In this document: positions 47,809 to 56,314 of the stretch, piece after piece | How positions within the stretch are numbered: position 1 is the stretch's first letter | How the letters are laid out: every line of letters starts with the position of its first letter | Virus record (IMG/VR): IMGVR_UViG_3300011116_000673 | Location: 7,532 to 71,531 of that record | Strand: one strand, 5' to 3' | Source: a virus | DNA length: 64,000 bases | The notes under the pieces: model-generated | Databases searched by the model: none | Told to the model about the DNA's origin: nothing | Seen by the model: the letters and a program-made list of their open reading frames with translations, nothing else | Made by a program: the position numbers and the translations under genes

Positions 47809-48363
47809 ATGGCAAAAAGAAAACCTAATCCCATAAAGCCAGCATCGTTGGCTAATCCTAACCCTGATTACGTTTTCCCAATTCCAGAAGCCAATAAGAT
47901 TTTAGGAAATGCTTACATTTACGACGGAAATGCAACTGCGGAGCGAGTGGAGTCTGATTCTCACAACAAAAGAAATGTAGATGAAATGCGTTCTGATAAA
48001 GAACAACTTGGTTTTGCTGCCGATGATATTCGGGTGGGTAAAGAGTATCTAAGCGGCAAACGTCATGCTTTTAATGTGCAGCGGAAATTAGATATAGAAA
48101 GAGAAGACGGATACATGCCCGACCTATATCAACCAATGATGAATTTAGATCAAGAGCCGCACCGAATAGATACTTATGACTGGCGACATTACAGAGATGA
48201 CGGTCCAGAATGGGTAGGAAATTTTGTCGCTAGTCAAATAGAAGATTTAGAAAGAACTAACCGCCAAATAGAAACTCCACTTCAACATATTCAAATAAAA
48301 CAGTTTAAAACATACACTAAAACAAGAAAACCGCATAACGACGACCAGTTAAGGTTGTTTTAA
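47809..48363 (+). CDS. paralog B of MAKRKPNP...QLxLF pair
   Basis: Shares N-terminal, central and C-terminal blocks with 47098. Confidence 0.7.
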   Translation: MAKRKPNPIKPASLANPNPDYVFPIPEANKILGNAYIYDGNATAERVESDSHNKRNVDEMRSDKEQLGFAADDIRVGKEYLSGKRHAFNVQRKLDIEREDGYMPDLYQPMMNLDQEPHRIDTYDWRHYRDDGPEWVGNFVASQIEDLERTNRQIETPLQHIQIKQFKTYTKTRKPHNDDQLRLF

Positions 48364-48421
48364 GTGGTTTTCGCTAGCTTCTGGTAGAATTAACACGCAA
48401 CAAATGTCCAAGGAGTCTGCC

Positions 48422-50035
48422 ATGCCCACAAACGATGCAAAAAAGAGAAAAGCATTGGTAGATGACGTTCGTAAACGCAACAAAAAGGACAAGAATCCCG
48501 AAGTTAGGAATAGAAAAGTTACACATATGGACGACTATTTAGCTCAAATGGGTCCAGATAATGTAAAAAAAGCTCTAGCTTCAATTGATCGAGAAGATAG
48601 AAAAACTGGGCATACAAGATTTAAAAAAGAGCAATCCGAAAAACAACGTAAAGCAGCTACTGCACCGCTTAACAGCAAACAGCGAGACAAGTTAATGGCA
48701 GATTTAGAAGTAGCAGGCGGATCTTATAAAGAAATAGAACCAAGTGAGGAAACTACCATGGCATCTAAGAAAAAAGGAACAAAGGTTTCCGATAAAAAAT
48801 CAAAAAAGACTAAAGGCAAAGCCGCTTCCACGGGTAAAACTGATGCCGTAGATGCTGCTGGTGCTAAAGCAAAAGATGCCGTAGATGCCGCTAAAGATCG
48901 AAATCCAATTGTTCAACCTGCAAGTGAGGGTGATAAACAAGGACCACCAAGTCCAGCAGGTTCCAAAGACAACACTGGATACGGTACATCTACACAACGT
49001 ACTCCTAAACCATCTTCAAAAGACAGTGCTCCTGCAAGCACTGACGACGATGGTACGCCGTTTGATGGTGATGCTTACGCGAAAAGTGAAGAAGGAAAAG
49101 CAAGGAGAGCAGAAGGGATGGCAAAAGCTAAAAACAAAACTCCATTGCGTGCAGCAGAAGATGCTGATGCAAGAGCAGGAAGCCCTTCTGGACGAGCAGA
49201 CAGAGCAGCTCAACAATGGAAACAAAAAAGACTTCGTGCAGGTGCAGAGGGTACAAGTGGAAAATCTGGTCCTCTTTTTAGACAAAACGACACTACAACA
49301 GAAATGCCAGCAACAGGAAACTATTCAGATGAAGCTCGCACAGCACGCATTAAAGAATTAGCAAACAAAAATCGTTACAATGAAAGTGATGGCATTAACA
49401 AAGACCCAAACAGCAAGGGCGAAATGCCAGACGATCCAAGACCACGATCAAAACCAACAGTTTTGACTACACCAACTAAAGATGGTGAAATGCCAAAAGC
49501 GGACAAACCTGGATTTATGAGCCGTTTGCGTAGCCGCATTGGTTCATTTACTTCACGACCTGGTGCTCCTGCCGCTCCTGCCGCACCACCAACACCACCA
49601 ACACCACCAAGTGGTAGTGGCGGAGGCGCAACCCCACCAACACCGCCAAGTGGCGGAGGATATGTTCCAGCAGATGAGCCAGCGGTTACACAATCACAAG
49701 ACACAAAAAATGGTAAACAAACACAGACAGCACCAGCCGGAGCATCGATTAATTTTGCTCCGCAAATTGGAGGAGATGACAACAGTGTTGGTAAAGGTGC
49801 GTCAGGCGGCGGTCAAATAACTGGAAGAGATTCTGCTGGACGTGATTTTGTTAAAGGAAACACCCACAATCAAAAAATTAATGCAGGATACGGACCAGTA
49901 ACTGCAACAACTTCAGGTAGAGCAACTAGTTCAGGTAAAGGTGGCGTTACAGCCAGCACTACAGGAACTGCGTCATCACATCCACGTGCTCAAAACGCAA
50001 GTCGTGGTGGTCGCCCAACATCAAGAAAGAAATAA
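48422..50035 (+). CDS. large basic, probably disordered protein
   Basis: AAGGAG RBS before ATG 48422; K/A/P/G/S-rich; PPTPP repeats. Confidence 0.7.
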   Translation: MPTNDAKKRKALVDDVRKRNKKDKNPEVRNRKVTHMDDYLAQMGPDNVKKALASIDREDRKTGHTRFKKEQSEKQRKAATAPLNSKQRDKLMADLEVAGGSYKEIEPSEETTMASKKKGTKVSDKKSKKTKGKAASTGKTDAVDAAGAKAKDAVDAAKDRNPIVQPASEGDKQGPPSPAGSKDNTGYGTSTQRTPKPSSKDSAPASTDDDGTPFDGDAYAKSEEGKARRAEGMAKAKNKTPLRAAEDADARAGSPSGRADRAAQQWKQKRLRAGAEGTSGKSGPLFRQNDTTTEMPATGNYSDEARTARIKELANKNRYNESDGINKDPNSKGEMPDDPRPRSKPTVLTTPTKDGEMPKADKPGFMSRLRSRIGSFTSRPGAPAAPAAPPTPPTPPSGSGGGATPPTPPSGGGYVPADEPAVTQSQDTKNGKQTQTAPAGASINFAPQIGGDDNSVGKGASGGGQITGRDSAGRDFVKGNTHNQKINAGYGPVTATTSGRATSSGKGGVTASTTGTASSHPRAQNASRGGRPTSRKK

Positions 50036-50037
50036 TT

Positions 50038-50334
50038 ATGAGTGATTTTGAATTAGGTCAATATCATGGTTGGGGTGTTGCACAACAACATCACGTAAGT
50101 GGTATGCGTTCAATTGTTACAGTAGACGGAAAACATCATAAAGAATTTAGAGGTGAAACTGCTGAAATGGATGCAAATCGCCATGCAATGGATTTAGCAA
50201 ATAGACGACGTTTAGCTGCCAATAGTATAGATGTAACTAGATCTGGACATGAACAATTTAAAGATGTTCAACACGAAGGAGTTTGGTATCGTCAGCATCC
50301 AGGAGATGAATTTCATTCTCCGATGGGGAGTTAA
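50038..50334 (+). CDS. His-rich hypothetical protein
   Basis: ORF packed in operon. Confidence 0.55.
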   Translation: MSDFELGQYHGWGVAQQHHVSGMRSIVTVDGKHHKEFRGETAEMDANRHAMDLANRRRLAANSIDVTRSGHEQFKDVQHEGVWYRQHPGDEFHSPMGS

Positions 50335-50337
50335 TTA

Positions 50338-50535
50338 ATGCCTGGCGGAAGAGACACTAGGTTTGATTCAAACCGTAAGGTTGCCAAAGAAGCAATGGGT
50401 GACAGATACGTTGAAATCGGTGTTGGATTTGGTGATGATCCACGTATTCAAAAAGCGATAGAAGAACAAAAGGCAATGTGGGGCACCATTGATCCTGCAA
50501 AAATTGCAAGCAGTGTTGCTGAAGAGGACGAATAA
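50338..50535 (+). CDS. small protein with GRDTRFDSNRKV N-motif
   Basis: Motif shared with 52600 and 52900. Confidence 0.6.
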   Translation: MPGGRDTRFDSNRKVAKEAMGDRYVEIGVGFGDDPRIQKAIEEQKAMWGTIDPAKIASSVAEEDE

Positions 50536-50849
50536 TGTCTCAAAGTGCCCCCCGCACACGACCATGGCAAACTCGTGAAGAAATGCTTGTAGACATGGCT
50601 TTAGAATCTGCCATTTCAGATCCAGAAACTATCCGTCAAATTCGCCCAACAGTTCCTCAACAATTGATGCCACAGAGCAGAGGTTTTAACAAACAAGAAC
50701 TTGGAGTTATGGACATTTTGTCTATTGATAGAAACGCCCCAACATATCGTTCATGGGTGTCTGGAGCAGTAAACATGCTCACTAGGGCACAAATGAATGA
50801 CGATGCCTTTACGGGTTCGGGCCGTTACTCTATGAACAACCTTTGGTAA
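50535..50849 (+). CDS. hypothetical protein
   Basis: TAATG stop/start coupling. Confidence 0.6.
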   Translation: MSQSAPRTRPWQTREEMLVDMALESAISDPETIRQIRPTVPQQLMPQSRGFNKQELGVMDILSIDRNAPTYRSWVSGAVNMLTRAQMNDDAFTGSGRYSMNNLW

Positions 50850-50866
50850 TAGAGTAAACTGTAGCC

Positions 50867-51646
50867 ATGGCTTCTGACAAGTTTGGCAACAATCCCGTAG
50901 CACCGTTGTACAATGCCACAGGTCGCAACCCAAGAGATTTAGATATGGGCAGCGTTGGCAAAGGTTTGGGTAGCGTAGGCAGTAGTGGCGCTGGTGGAAA
51001 GGATTTTGGCATTTCAAATAGACCAGCGCAAACGCAACCACTTGGACAATCAATGATGTCCCCATTTAATATGTGGGGACCAAATAGCATGTATCAAACC
51101 GCACTAGGAAGAGGAGCAAGAGGAAGAGGAAGAAAAGGAGGAGGTGGCGATTATGCAGATTCAGAAGACACAGTATATGATGCATCGGGCAGAAGAGTGG
51201 CTGTTGATGCTATGGAACGAACTAAACCAAACTATACTGTTAATTTTGCTGACCAAATTGCAGGAGACGACAATAGCGTAGGTAAGAAGGCAACAGTGGA
51301 AGAAGGCGGTGAAATAGTCGGAAGAGATAAAGCTGGTAATGACATGATCAAAAATAACGAATTTACCCAAAATGCAACAATTAACGATTCAGAACCTGCT
51401 AAACCAACCAGAGTACCAAGAACTGCCGAACAAAAAGCAGCAACTGCAGCTAAACGAGAAGAAAAAAAAGCAGCAAATCCTAAGTATGGTACAAGAAACT
51501 TAAATCGCCCTCCTAAAGAAGCGTCACCTATTGCAAGAAGAAGGTCTGCACCCGCTTCACCTAAGCCTGCACCCATTAAAGGCAGCCGAATTAATCAAAC
51601 AATGTCTATTGGTGACATTAAAAAAATGGCTGCACCAGGAATGTAA
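50867..51646 (+). CDS. Gly/Arg-rich, probably disordered protein
   Basis: GRGARGRGRKGGGG; shares a ~45 aa module with 48422. Confidence 0.65.
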   Translation: MASDKFGNNPVAPLYNATGRNPRDLDMGSVGKGLGSVGSSGAGGKDFGISNRPAQTQPLGQSMMSPFNMWGPNSMYQTALGRGARGRGRKGGGGDYADSEDTVYDASGRRVAVDAMERTKPNYTVNFADQIAGDDNSVGKKATVEEGGEIVGRDKAGNDMIKNNEFTQNATINDSEPAKPTRVPRTAEQKAATAAKREEKKAANPKYGTRNLNRPPKEASPIARRRSAPASPKPAPIKGSRINQTMSIGDIKKMAAPGM

Positions 51647-51678
51647 AACCTTTTATAAGAAAGTGGTAAACTAATACT

Positions 51679-51879
51679 ATGGCTGTAAACACATCTCGTT
51701 CCCAAAATGCCGATCTTCGGTTAGGTGCTACTGACGGCACTTTTAAAAACACAACACCAAATCGTGGTGGTGAGCTTGACATGCACTGCCCCACCAAACT
51801 AACAATGGTGCTAAACGAGCAATATAATTTTGTTCCACGTTCACCATTGGCTGAAAACGATCCAATCCTAAACTCGTAA
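51679..51879 (+). CDS. small hypothetical protein
   Basis: TGG-TAAACT 6 nt before the ATG. Confidence 0.6.
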   Translation: MAVNTSRSQNADLRLGATDGTFKNTTPNRGGELDMHCPTKLTMVLNEQYNFVPRSPLAENDPILNS

Positions 51880-51884
51880 GCCTT

Positions 51885-52208
51885 ATGGCTTACTCAGATA
51901 GAGATCGTCGTCCTAACTGGGCTAAATCGCGTAACAAATTTCGCGTAAGAGAATACGTAGACACCTCTCCTGACCCAAAAACAATTATGCACCATGCTAA
52001 AGGCGTTCCGGGTGGTCATTTTTTTGTTGTGCCCGAAACAAACGGCGAATACCGCATACATCGCAGAACTACTTTGGGCAAAAGGGATAAAACCGAGATA
52101 CCTGCCAATGTGACTCAACCTTACGAACGTCATCATGAAGCTTTAGCCCACGCCAACATGTTAAATGAACAAATGGTTCAGTACGGCGAAATAAGAAAGT
52201 GGAGCTAA
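51885..52208 (+). CDS. His/Arg-rich hypothetical protein
   Basis: ORF in array. Confidence 0.55.
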   Translation: MAYSDRDRRPNWAKSRNKFRVREYVDTSPDPKTIMHHAKGVPGGHFFVVPETNGEYRIHRRTTLGKRDKTEIPANVTQPYERHHEALAHANMLNEQMVQYGEIRKWS

Positions 52209-52235
52209 CCAAGCAATCCTTGGTACAATGTAGGT

Positions 52236-52607
52236 ATGCCTGACAAAAATACACCCGATATTATTGACATTGGCGCAAACGGAAAAGTCACCCATATTGA
52301 CTCACAGGGTGTATCTCAAGGAATAAACATGATTCCTTTTCATTGGCGAAGCCGAGAAACAGGAAAACCTATTGCTGCAACCATGTATGCTTTAGGGTAT
52401 AACAATTTGGAATTTCGGCGTGCTGAGGCAGACCGACACGGCTACGACTTGGTTGAGGGTCATCACACAAACTCTCAAACAACATTTTCTGCTGATGATA
52501 ATGATGCAGCTGATTATGCGTACGATACTCAATACGAACCTTCACAAGATGCCAACGACAGGTCTGATTATGAAAGAGATGCAATGGACGGAGGTTCCGA
52601 TGTCTAA
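52236..52607 (+). CDS. hypothetical protein with acidic tail
   Basis: TGG-TACAAT 6 nt before the ATG. Confidence 0.6.
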   Translation: MPDKNTPDIIDIGANGKVTHIDSQGVSQGINMIPFHWRSRETGKPIAATMYALGYNNLEFRRAEADRHGYDLVEGHHTNSQTTFSADDNDAADYAYDTQYEPSQDANDRSDYERDAMDGGSDV

Positions 52608-52893
52608 CGGTAAAGATGAACGATATAACAGCAATCGTTCCGTAACTCGTACTCGTAATTGGGGATATGTTGGTACTCCTTCAACCAGTTTGCCATCAGG
52701 TTCACATATGGGCGATGATCCTCAACTAGCTCCAATAAAAGTTGGTTCAACAGCAGCAACTCCACAAAAAGGATATTTTCCAGTAGTTGAAAACTTAAAA
52801 ACTAAAGAAACATCAGTAGATACGGCTAACCGAAAAAGAACTAGGTTTGGAGCTTCCAGACAAGCAAAAAAGAATGTACGTAAAGGTCAATAA
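52600..52893 (+). CDS. protein with MSNGKDERYNSNRSV N-motif
   Basis: GGAGG RBS before ATG 52600. Confidence 0.65.
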   Translation: MSNGKDERYNSNRSVTRTRNWGYVGTPSTSLPSGSHMGDDPQLAPIKVGSTAATPQKGYFPVVENLKTKETSVDTANRKRTRFGASRQAKKNVRKGQ

Positions 52894-52899
52894 ACACAT

Positions 52900-53169
52900 A
52901 TGGCTAACGGTAAAGACGAACGACATAACACAAATCGCAAAGTTGATTTTGACTCTATGTATTTAGAGAAAGCCCGTCAAAAATTAGAGGGCAGTGGGCG
53001 CATCCCATCCTATGACACACCCTTGGAAGATCACATGAATTACGATTTGATTGAGTCTGTAGCCCAAGACATGATGGATAACGATGCTTACGAATCAGAA
53101 CAAGTGGCAAAAGATAATGACGGCGTGGAAGCCCCAAGGAAGTTTGACAAAAACACCGACGGTTGGTAA
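52900..53169 (+). CDS. protein with MANGKDERHNTNRKV N-motif
   Basis: Shared N-terminus with 52600. Confidence 0.65.
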   Translation: MANGKDERHNTNRKVDFDSMYLEKARQKLEGSGRIPSYDTPLEDHMNYDLIESVAQDMMDNDAYESEQVAKDNDGVEAPRKFDKNTDGW

Positions 53170-53175
53170 TCCGCT

Positions 53176-53520
53176 ATGGGCAAAATCGTTAATTTAAACG
53201 AATACAAACAGAACAAAGTAAACAGCGATTTAGGTTCACACTTGTCTCAGCAATTATCTGTAGCAATGCACCCTGCTAAAACACAGAAATTACACCCAAA
53301 GACAACCGAATCATTTGAGCATCTTACGTCTCTTAGTGATGCCACAATAGGTCACTATTCTCAGTCTTTAGGGCTACTCCACGAATCCGTTGATCCTAGT
53401 AAATTGTCATCAAACGATGCCAACACCCTTAGAAAACTGTTAGTTTTACACCCAAATGTGCAAGAAGAACTACATCAAAGTGGTACGATTAATCCTGAGG
53501 ACACAAGACCACATCTGTAA
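53176..53520 (+). CDS. hypothetical protein
   Basis: N-terminal KIVNLNEYKQNK. Confidence 0.55.
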   Translation: MGKIVNLNEYKQNKVNSDLGSHLSQQLSVAMHPAKTQKLHPKTTESFEHLTSLSDATIGHYSQSLGLLHESVDPSKLSSNDANTLRKLLVLHPNVQEELHQSGTINPEDTRPHL

Positions 53521-53543
53521 ATAACTAAAGAAAGTAGCACTAA

Positions 53544-54065
53544 ATGGAACCCAAAGAGTTTACTAACGAGCAAGAACATCGCCTACTCGTATGCTGGCGA
53601 GAAGAGCCATCGGGTAAAAAGAGTGGGGCAGTAATGTACAAAATGCGCCCGTATCAAGGCGAACCCGAATACGACATGGAACTCATTGACATTCTTGAAA
53701 GGCACAAAGCAAGAAACCCTGACCACGAAATGTGGCGTGGCATGATTTTCAGAACTGACAAAGAAACAGCAAGCAAACTTGACGCTGAAACAGCCATCAA
53801 GAACGAATTAAAGTCGCACGATTTATACATTAGTGATTTCCGTGACGAACTAAAAGTAGATGCAATGCGTTGTTTTAACAAACACGACAGACCAAAAGAT
53901 TTCTGCATTGATTGGTGTGACGAATCTAAAACCATTGGTCGCAAAACTGGTGTCCCAAAAAACAAACGACAGTACTTATGCATGTATTGCCCATGCGCAT
54001 CTTACGTTGCCCACAAAGAACGTAAAGAGTTGGGCATATACGACATAGACGTCGGTAAGAACTAA
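53544..54065 (+). CDS. Cys-containing hypothetical protein
   Basis: CFNKH...CIDW...LCMYCPC. Confidence 0.6.
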   Translation: MEPKEFTNEQEHRLLVCWREEPSGKKSGAVMYKMRPYQGEPEYDMELIDILERHKARNPDHEMWRGMIFRTDKETASKLDAETAIKNELKSHDLYISDFRDELKVDAMRCFNKHDRPKDFCIDWCDESKTIGRKTGVPKNKRQYLCMYCPCASYVAHKERKELGIYDIDVGKN

Positions 54066-54550
54066 TGCTCATTGTTACGTTTGACGTGTTGGCTTACCCA
54101 ACAACGGACAAATCCATGTCTATTGGCGCACGACAACCAGCCCACGAATCTAGAAAACTATGGCATGCCCTGTACAACCAATATCATGGCAATTTGATCA
54201 TTATGGCTACAGGAACAAACAGAACAGATTTGATCGAAGGTTGGGCAAAATTAGAAGGGTACAAATACGCCCACATAGATGTTGTTGAATCCACCAAACC
54301 CGAAGATATACGTGACCGTGTACGAGATTTTAATGCCATTTATGGAAAGATTCATTGGTTTGTGGATTCCAATCCACGTACTGTAAAACTTGTGATGGAG
54401 GATGCCATACCGTCGTTGCTTGTAGGTTTGCCTGCTTTTGTGCGACCAGAATGGCGTGAAAACAAACAACGTGAGCATCAACTGTGGGATGATCTAGTCA
54501 GGGAAATAGAAGTACAAACCATTTACAGAGCAGAAAAAGAGCAAAAATGA
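54065..54550 (+). CDS. HAD-like hypothetical protein
   Basis: LIVTFDVLA...WFVDSNP resembles HAD motifs I and IV. Confidence 0.45.
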   Translation: MLIVTFDVLAYPTTDKSMSIGARQPAHESRKLWHALYNQYHGNLIIMATGTNRTDLIEGWAKLEGYKYAHIDVVESTKPEDIRDRVRDFNAIYGKIHWFVDSNPRTVKLVMEDAIPSLLVGLPAFVRPEWRENKQREHQLWDDLVREIEVQTIYRAEKEQK

Positions 54551-55983
54551 AGATTTATTTTGCAAACTCAGAGAAATCGTCTTTTAGGTCTTTGCTCATC
54601 GCCTCGGGGGTAACACGGTTTGCCGTCAATTTGACCCATCTTGCCATACCAAAAAAGAAACAACTAGACCTGCCAACGATGTTTAATGGCGGGGAGTTAA
54701 TCCTGTACACGTCTGAAAATGATGAAGATGTCAATCGTTATGACGCTTTTGTTAGGGAGCATTACGAAACTTTGACCCATGTAATTGGTCGCCCCGACTA
54801 TGACGGTTCTTGGATGGGTGAACGATACATTCCACTATGGAACGACCCCGAAGACATGGAACGCCTATCTTGGTTGTGCCAAAAATACGGAAAAGCAGCG
54901 ATCAGTGATAAAGCCGTAAACGGTAAAACCATATCCAAAATTAGAAATGCCATGACAAGATGGGATGCAAAACTTATAGCAGTTTCTTCAAAACCCGACG
55001 TACTTGAAACCCTTGCTTGGGATTCGGCTGTAGTGGGTTCATGGACTAGTGCTGTCCGGTACGGCGAAACTCAGGTGTGGGATGGGCATGGATTAAGACG
55101 ATATCCAGCCCAGCAAAAAGAGTCTTCTCGCAAGAAGCACCGTGCCGACATTATGAGGTTAGGCATTGATATGGATGCCATTATTCAAGACGACAACAAC
55201 GAGGTGGCAAAACTTGCAATTAAGTCTTGGAAGGCGTGGGAAAGTCAAACTTTTGGGGTCTATGACCCTGTAAAAGACGATGACGAACAAGAATTAGGTC
55301 TATCTGAAAGTGACCCTGATAGTAATAATTTCACGCAAAATCAAAGTTTGCAAAATGTGGCACGAGGGGGTGACAATATTACTATCAGGGGGGTAGAAAA
55401 GCGGCACGAAAACGAAAAAGTTGTTTTACCAATTATGGGCGTTGAGCAATACGCAAGCCCGTTAGCCGAAACCCTTGCAGAACAAGGGGAAGATGGCGAA
55501 ATTAACATAGAAACAGTATCTACAATTAGGTATAATTCTAACCTTTTAAGGCAGTGTAATAATTGCTATCTCTCGTCACGTTGCCCTGCGTTTCGTGAGA
55601 ATGCGGAATGTGGTTTTAAGTTGCCGATTGAGATCAAAACAAAAGATCAATTACAGTCCGCTTTGAGGGCAATGTTAGAGATGCAGGTAAGTCGTGTTTT
55701 GTTTGCCCGATTTGCTGAAGAATTAGAAGGTCAGGGTCTTGACCCAGCACTCTCAGATGAGATCGATAGGTTGTTTTCTTTTGTTGAAAAGTTCAGAGAC
55801 ATATCTGACACAAGGGATATGGTCAGGTTGGAGGTTGAGGCAAGAGGCAGCAGTGGGGTGCTGAGCAGATTGTTCGGTGCAAATGTCGGTGACTCAACAA
55901 AACGCTTGACAGGTGGGGGTTTTAACGCCCAACAAAGTGATGCAATGTACTCTGAAATATTGGACTTGAGCGAGGATAATTGA
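54547..55983 (+). CDS. divergent TGT/DpdA-like TIM barrel fused to a Cys-rich C-terminal domain
   Basis: MKIYFA, YIPLW, WDSAVVGSWTSAVRYG; CNNC...CPAF...C. Confidence 0.45.
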   Translation: MKIYFANSEKSSFRSLLIASGVTRFAVNLTHLAIPKKKQLDLPTMFNGGELILYTSENDEDVNRYDAFVREHYETLTHVIGRPDYDGSWMGERYIPLWNDPEDMERLSWLCQKYGKAAISDKAVNGKTISKIRNAMTRWDAKLIAVSSKPDVLETLAWDSAVVGSWTSAVRYGETQVWDGHGLRRYPAQQKESSRKKHRADIMRLGIDMDAIIQDDNNEVAKLAIKSWKAWESQTFGVYDPVKDDDEQELGLSESDPDSNNFTQNQSLQNVARGGDNITIRGVEKRHENEKVVLPIMGVEQYASPLAETLAEQGEDGEINIETVSTIRYNSNLLRQCNNCYLSSRCPAFRENAECGFKLPIEIKTKDQLQSALRAMLEMQVSRVLFARFAEELEGQGLDPALSDEIDRLFSFVEKFRDISDTRDMVRLEVEARGSSGVLSRLFGANVGDSTKRLTGGGFNAQQSDAMYSEILDLSEDN

Positions 55984-56009
55984 CAAACCCCGTAAATATA
56001 AGGTACATT
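55980..56009 (+). promoter_or_regulatory. sigma-A-type promoter
   Basis: TTGACA-N18-TACATT. Confidence 0.55.
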
Positions 56010-56040
56010 TGATACGTACCCTATAGAAAGCGAGGAAATC

Positions 56041-56292
56041 ATGGGAATAGACACTATGTACGAATATGCTGTTATCCAAGATTTGCAAACTTCCTTAGAA
56101 CGGGCAAACGAAGACAAAGCCGAATTACGAGAATTGGTTGATGTTCTTTTACAGAAACTAGCGTATGCACAGCCTGTCATCACTCAGACTAATAAATACT
56201 GCAAGGCATTGGAAGACGGTGAAGACCTTACTGGTCACCTAGTGTCTCTAATTCGGGCAATTTCAGACTGGAATACAAAATCCGTTAAATAA
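56041..56292 (+). CDS. coiled-coil hypothetical protein
   Basis: GAGG RBS. Confidence 0.55.
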   Translation: MGIDTMYEYAVIQDLQTSLERANEDKAELRELVDVLLQKLAYAQPVITQTNKYCKALEDGEDLTGHLVSLIRAISDWNTKSVK

Positions 56293-56314
56293 CTTGTAAT
56301 ACCATAAGGACACA

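Noticed and set aside
49560-49660. CCACCAACA-type tandem repeats
   Set aside because: Explained by the PPTPP/PAAP low-complexity peptide.
54547-55983. Firm call as dpdA with 7-deazaguanine modification
   Set aside because: Catalytic aspartate motifs look degenerate and no preQ0 synthesis genes are in the window.
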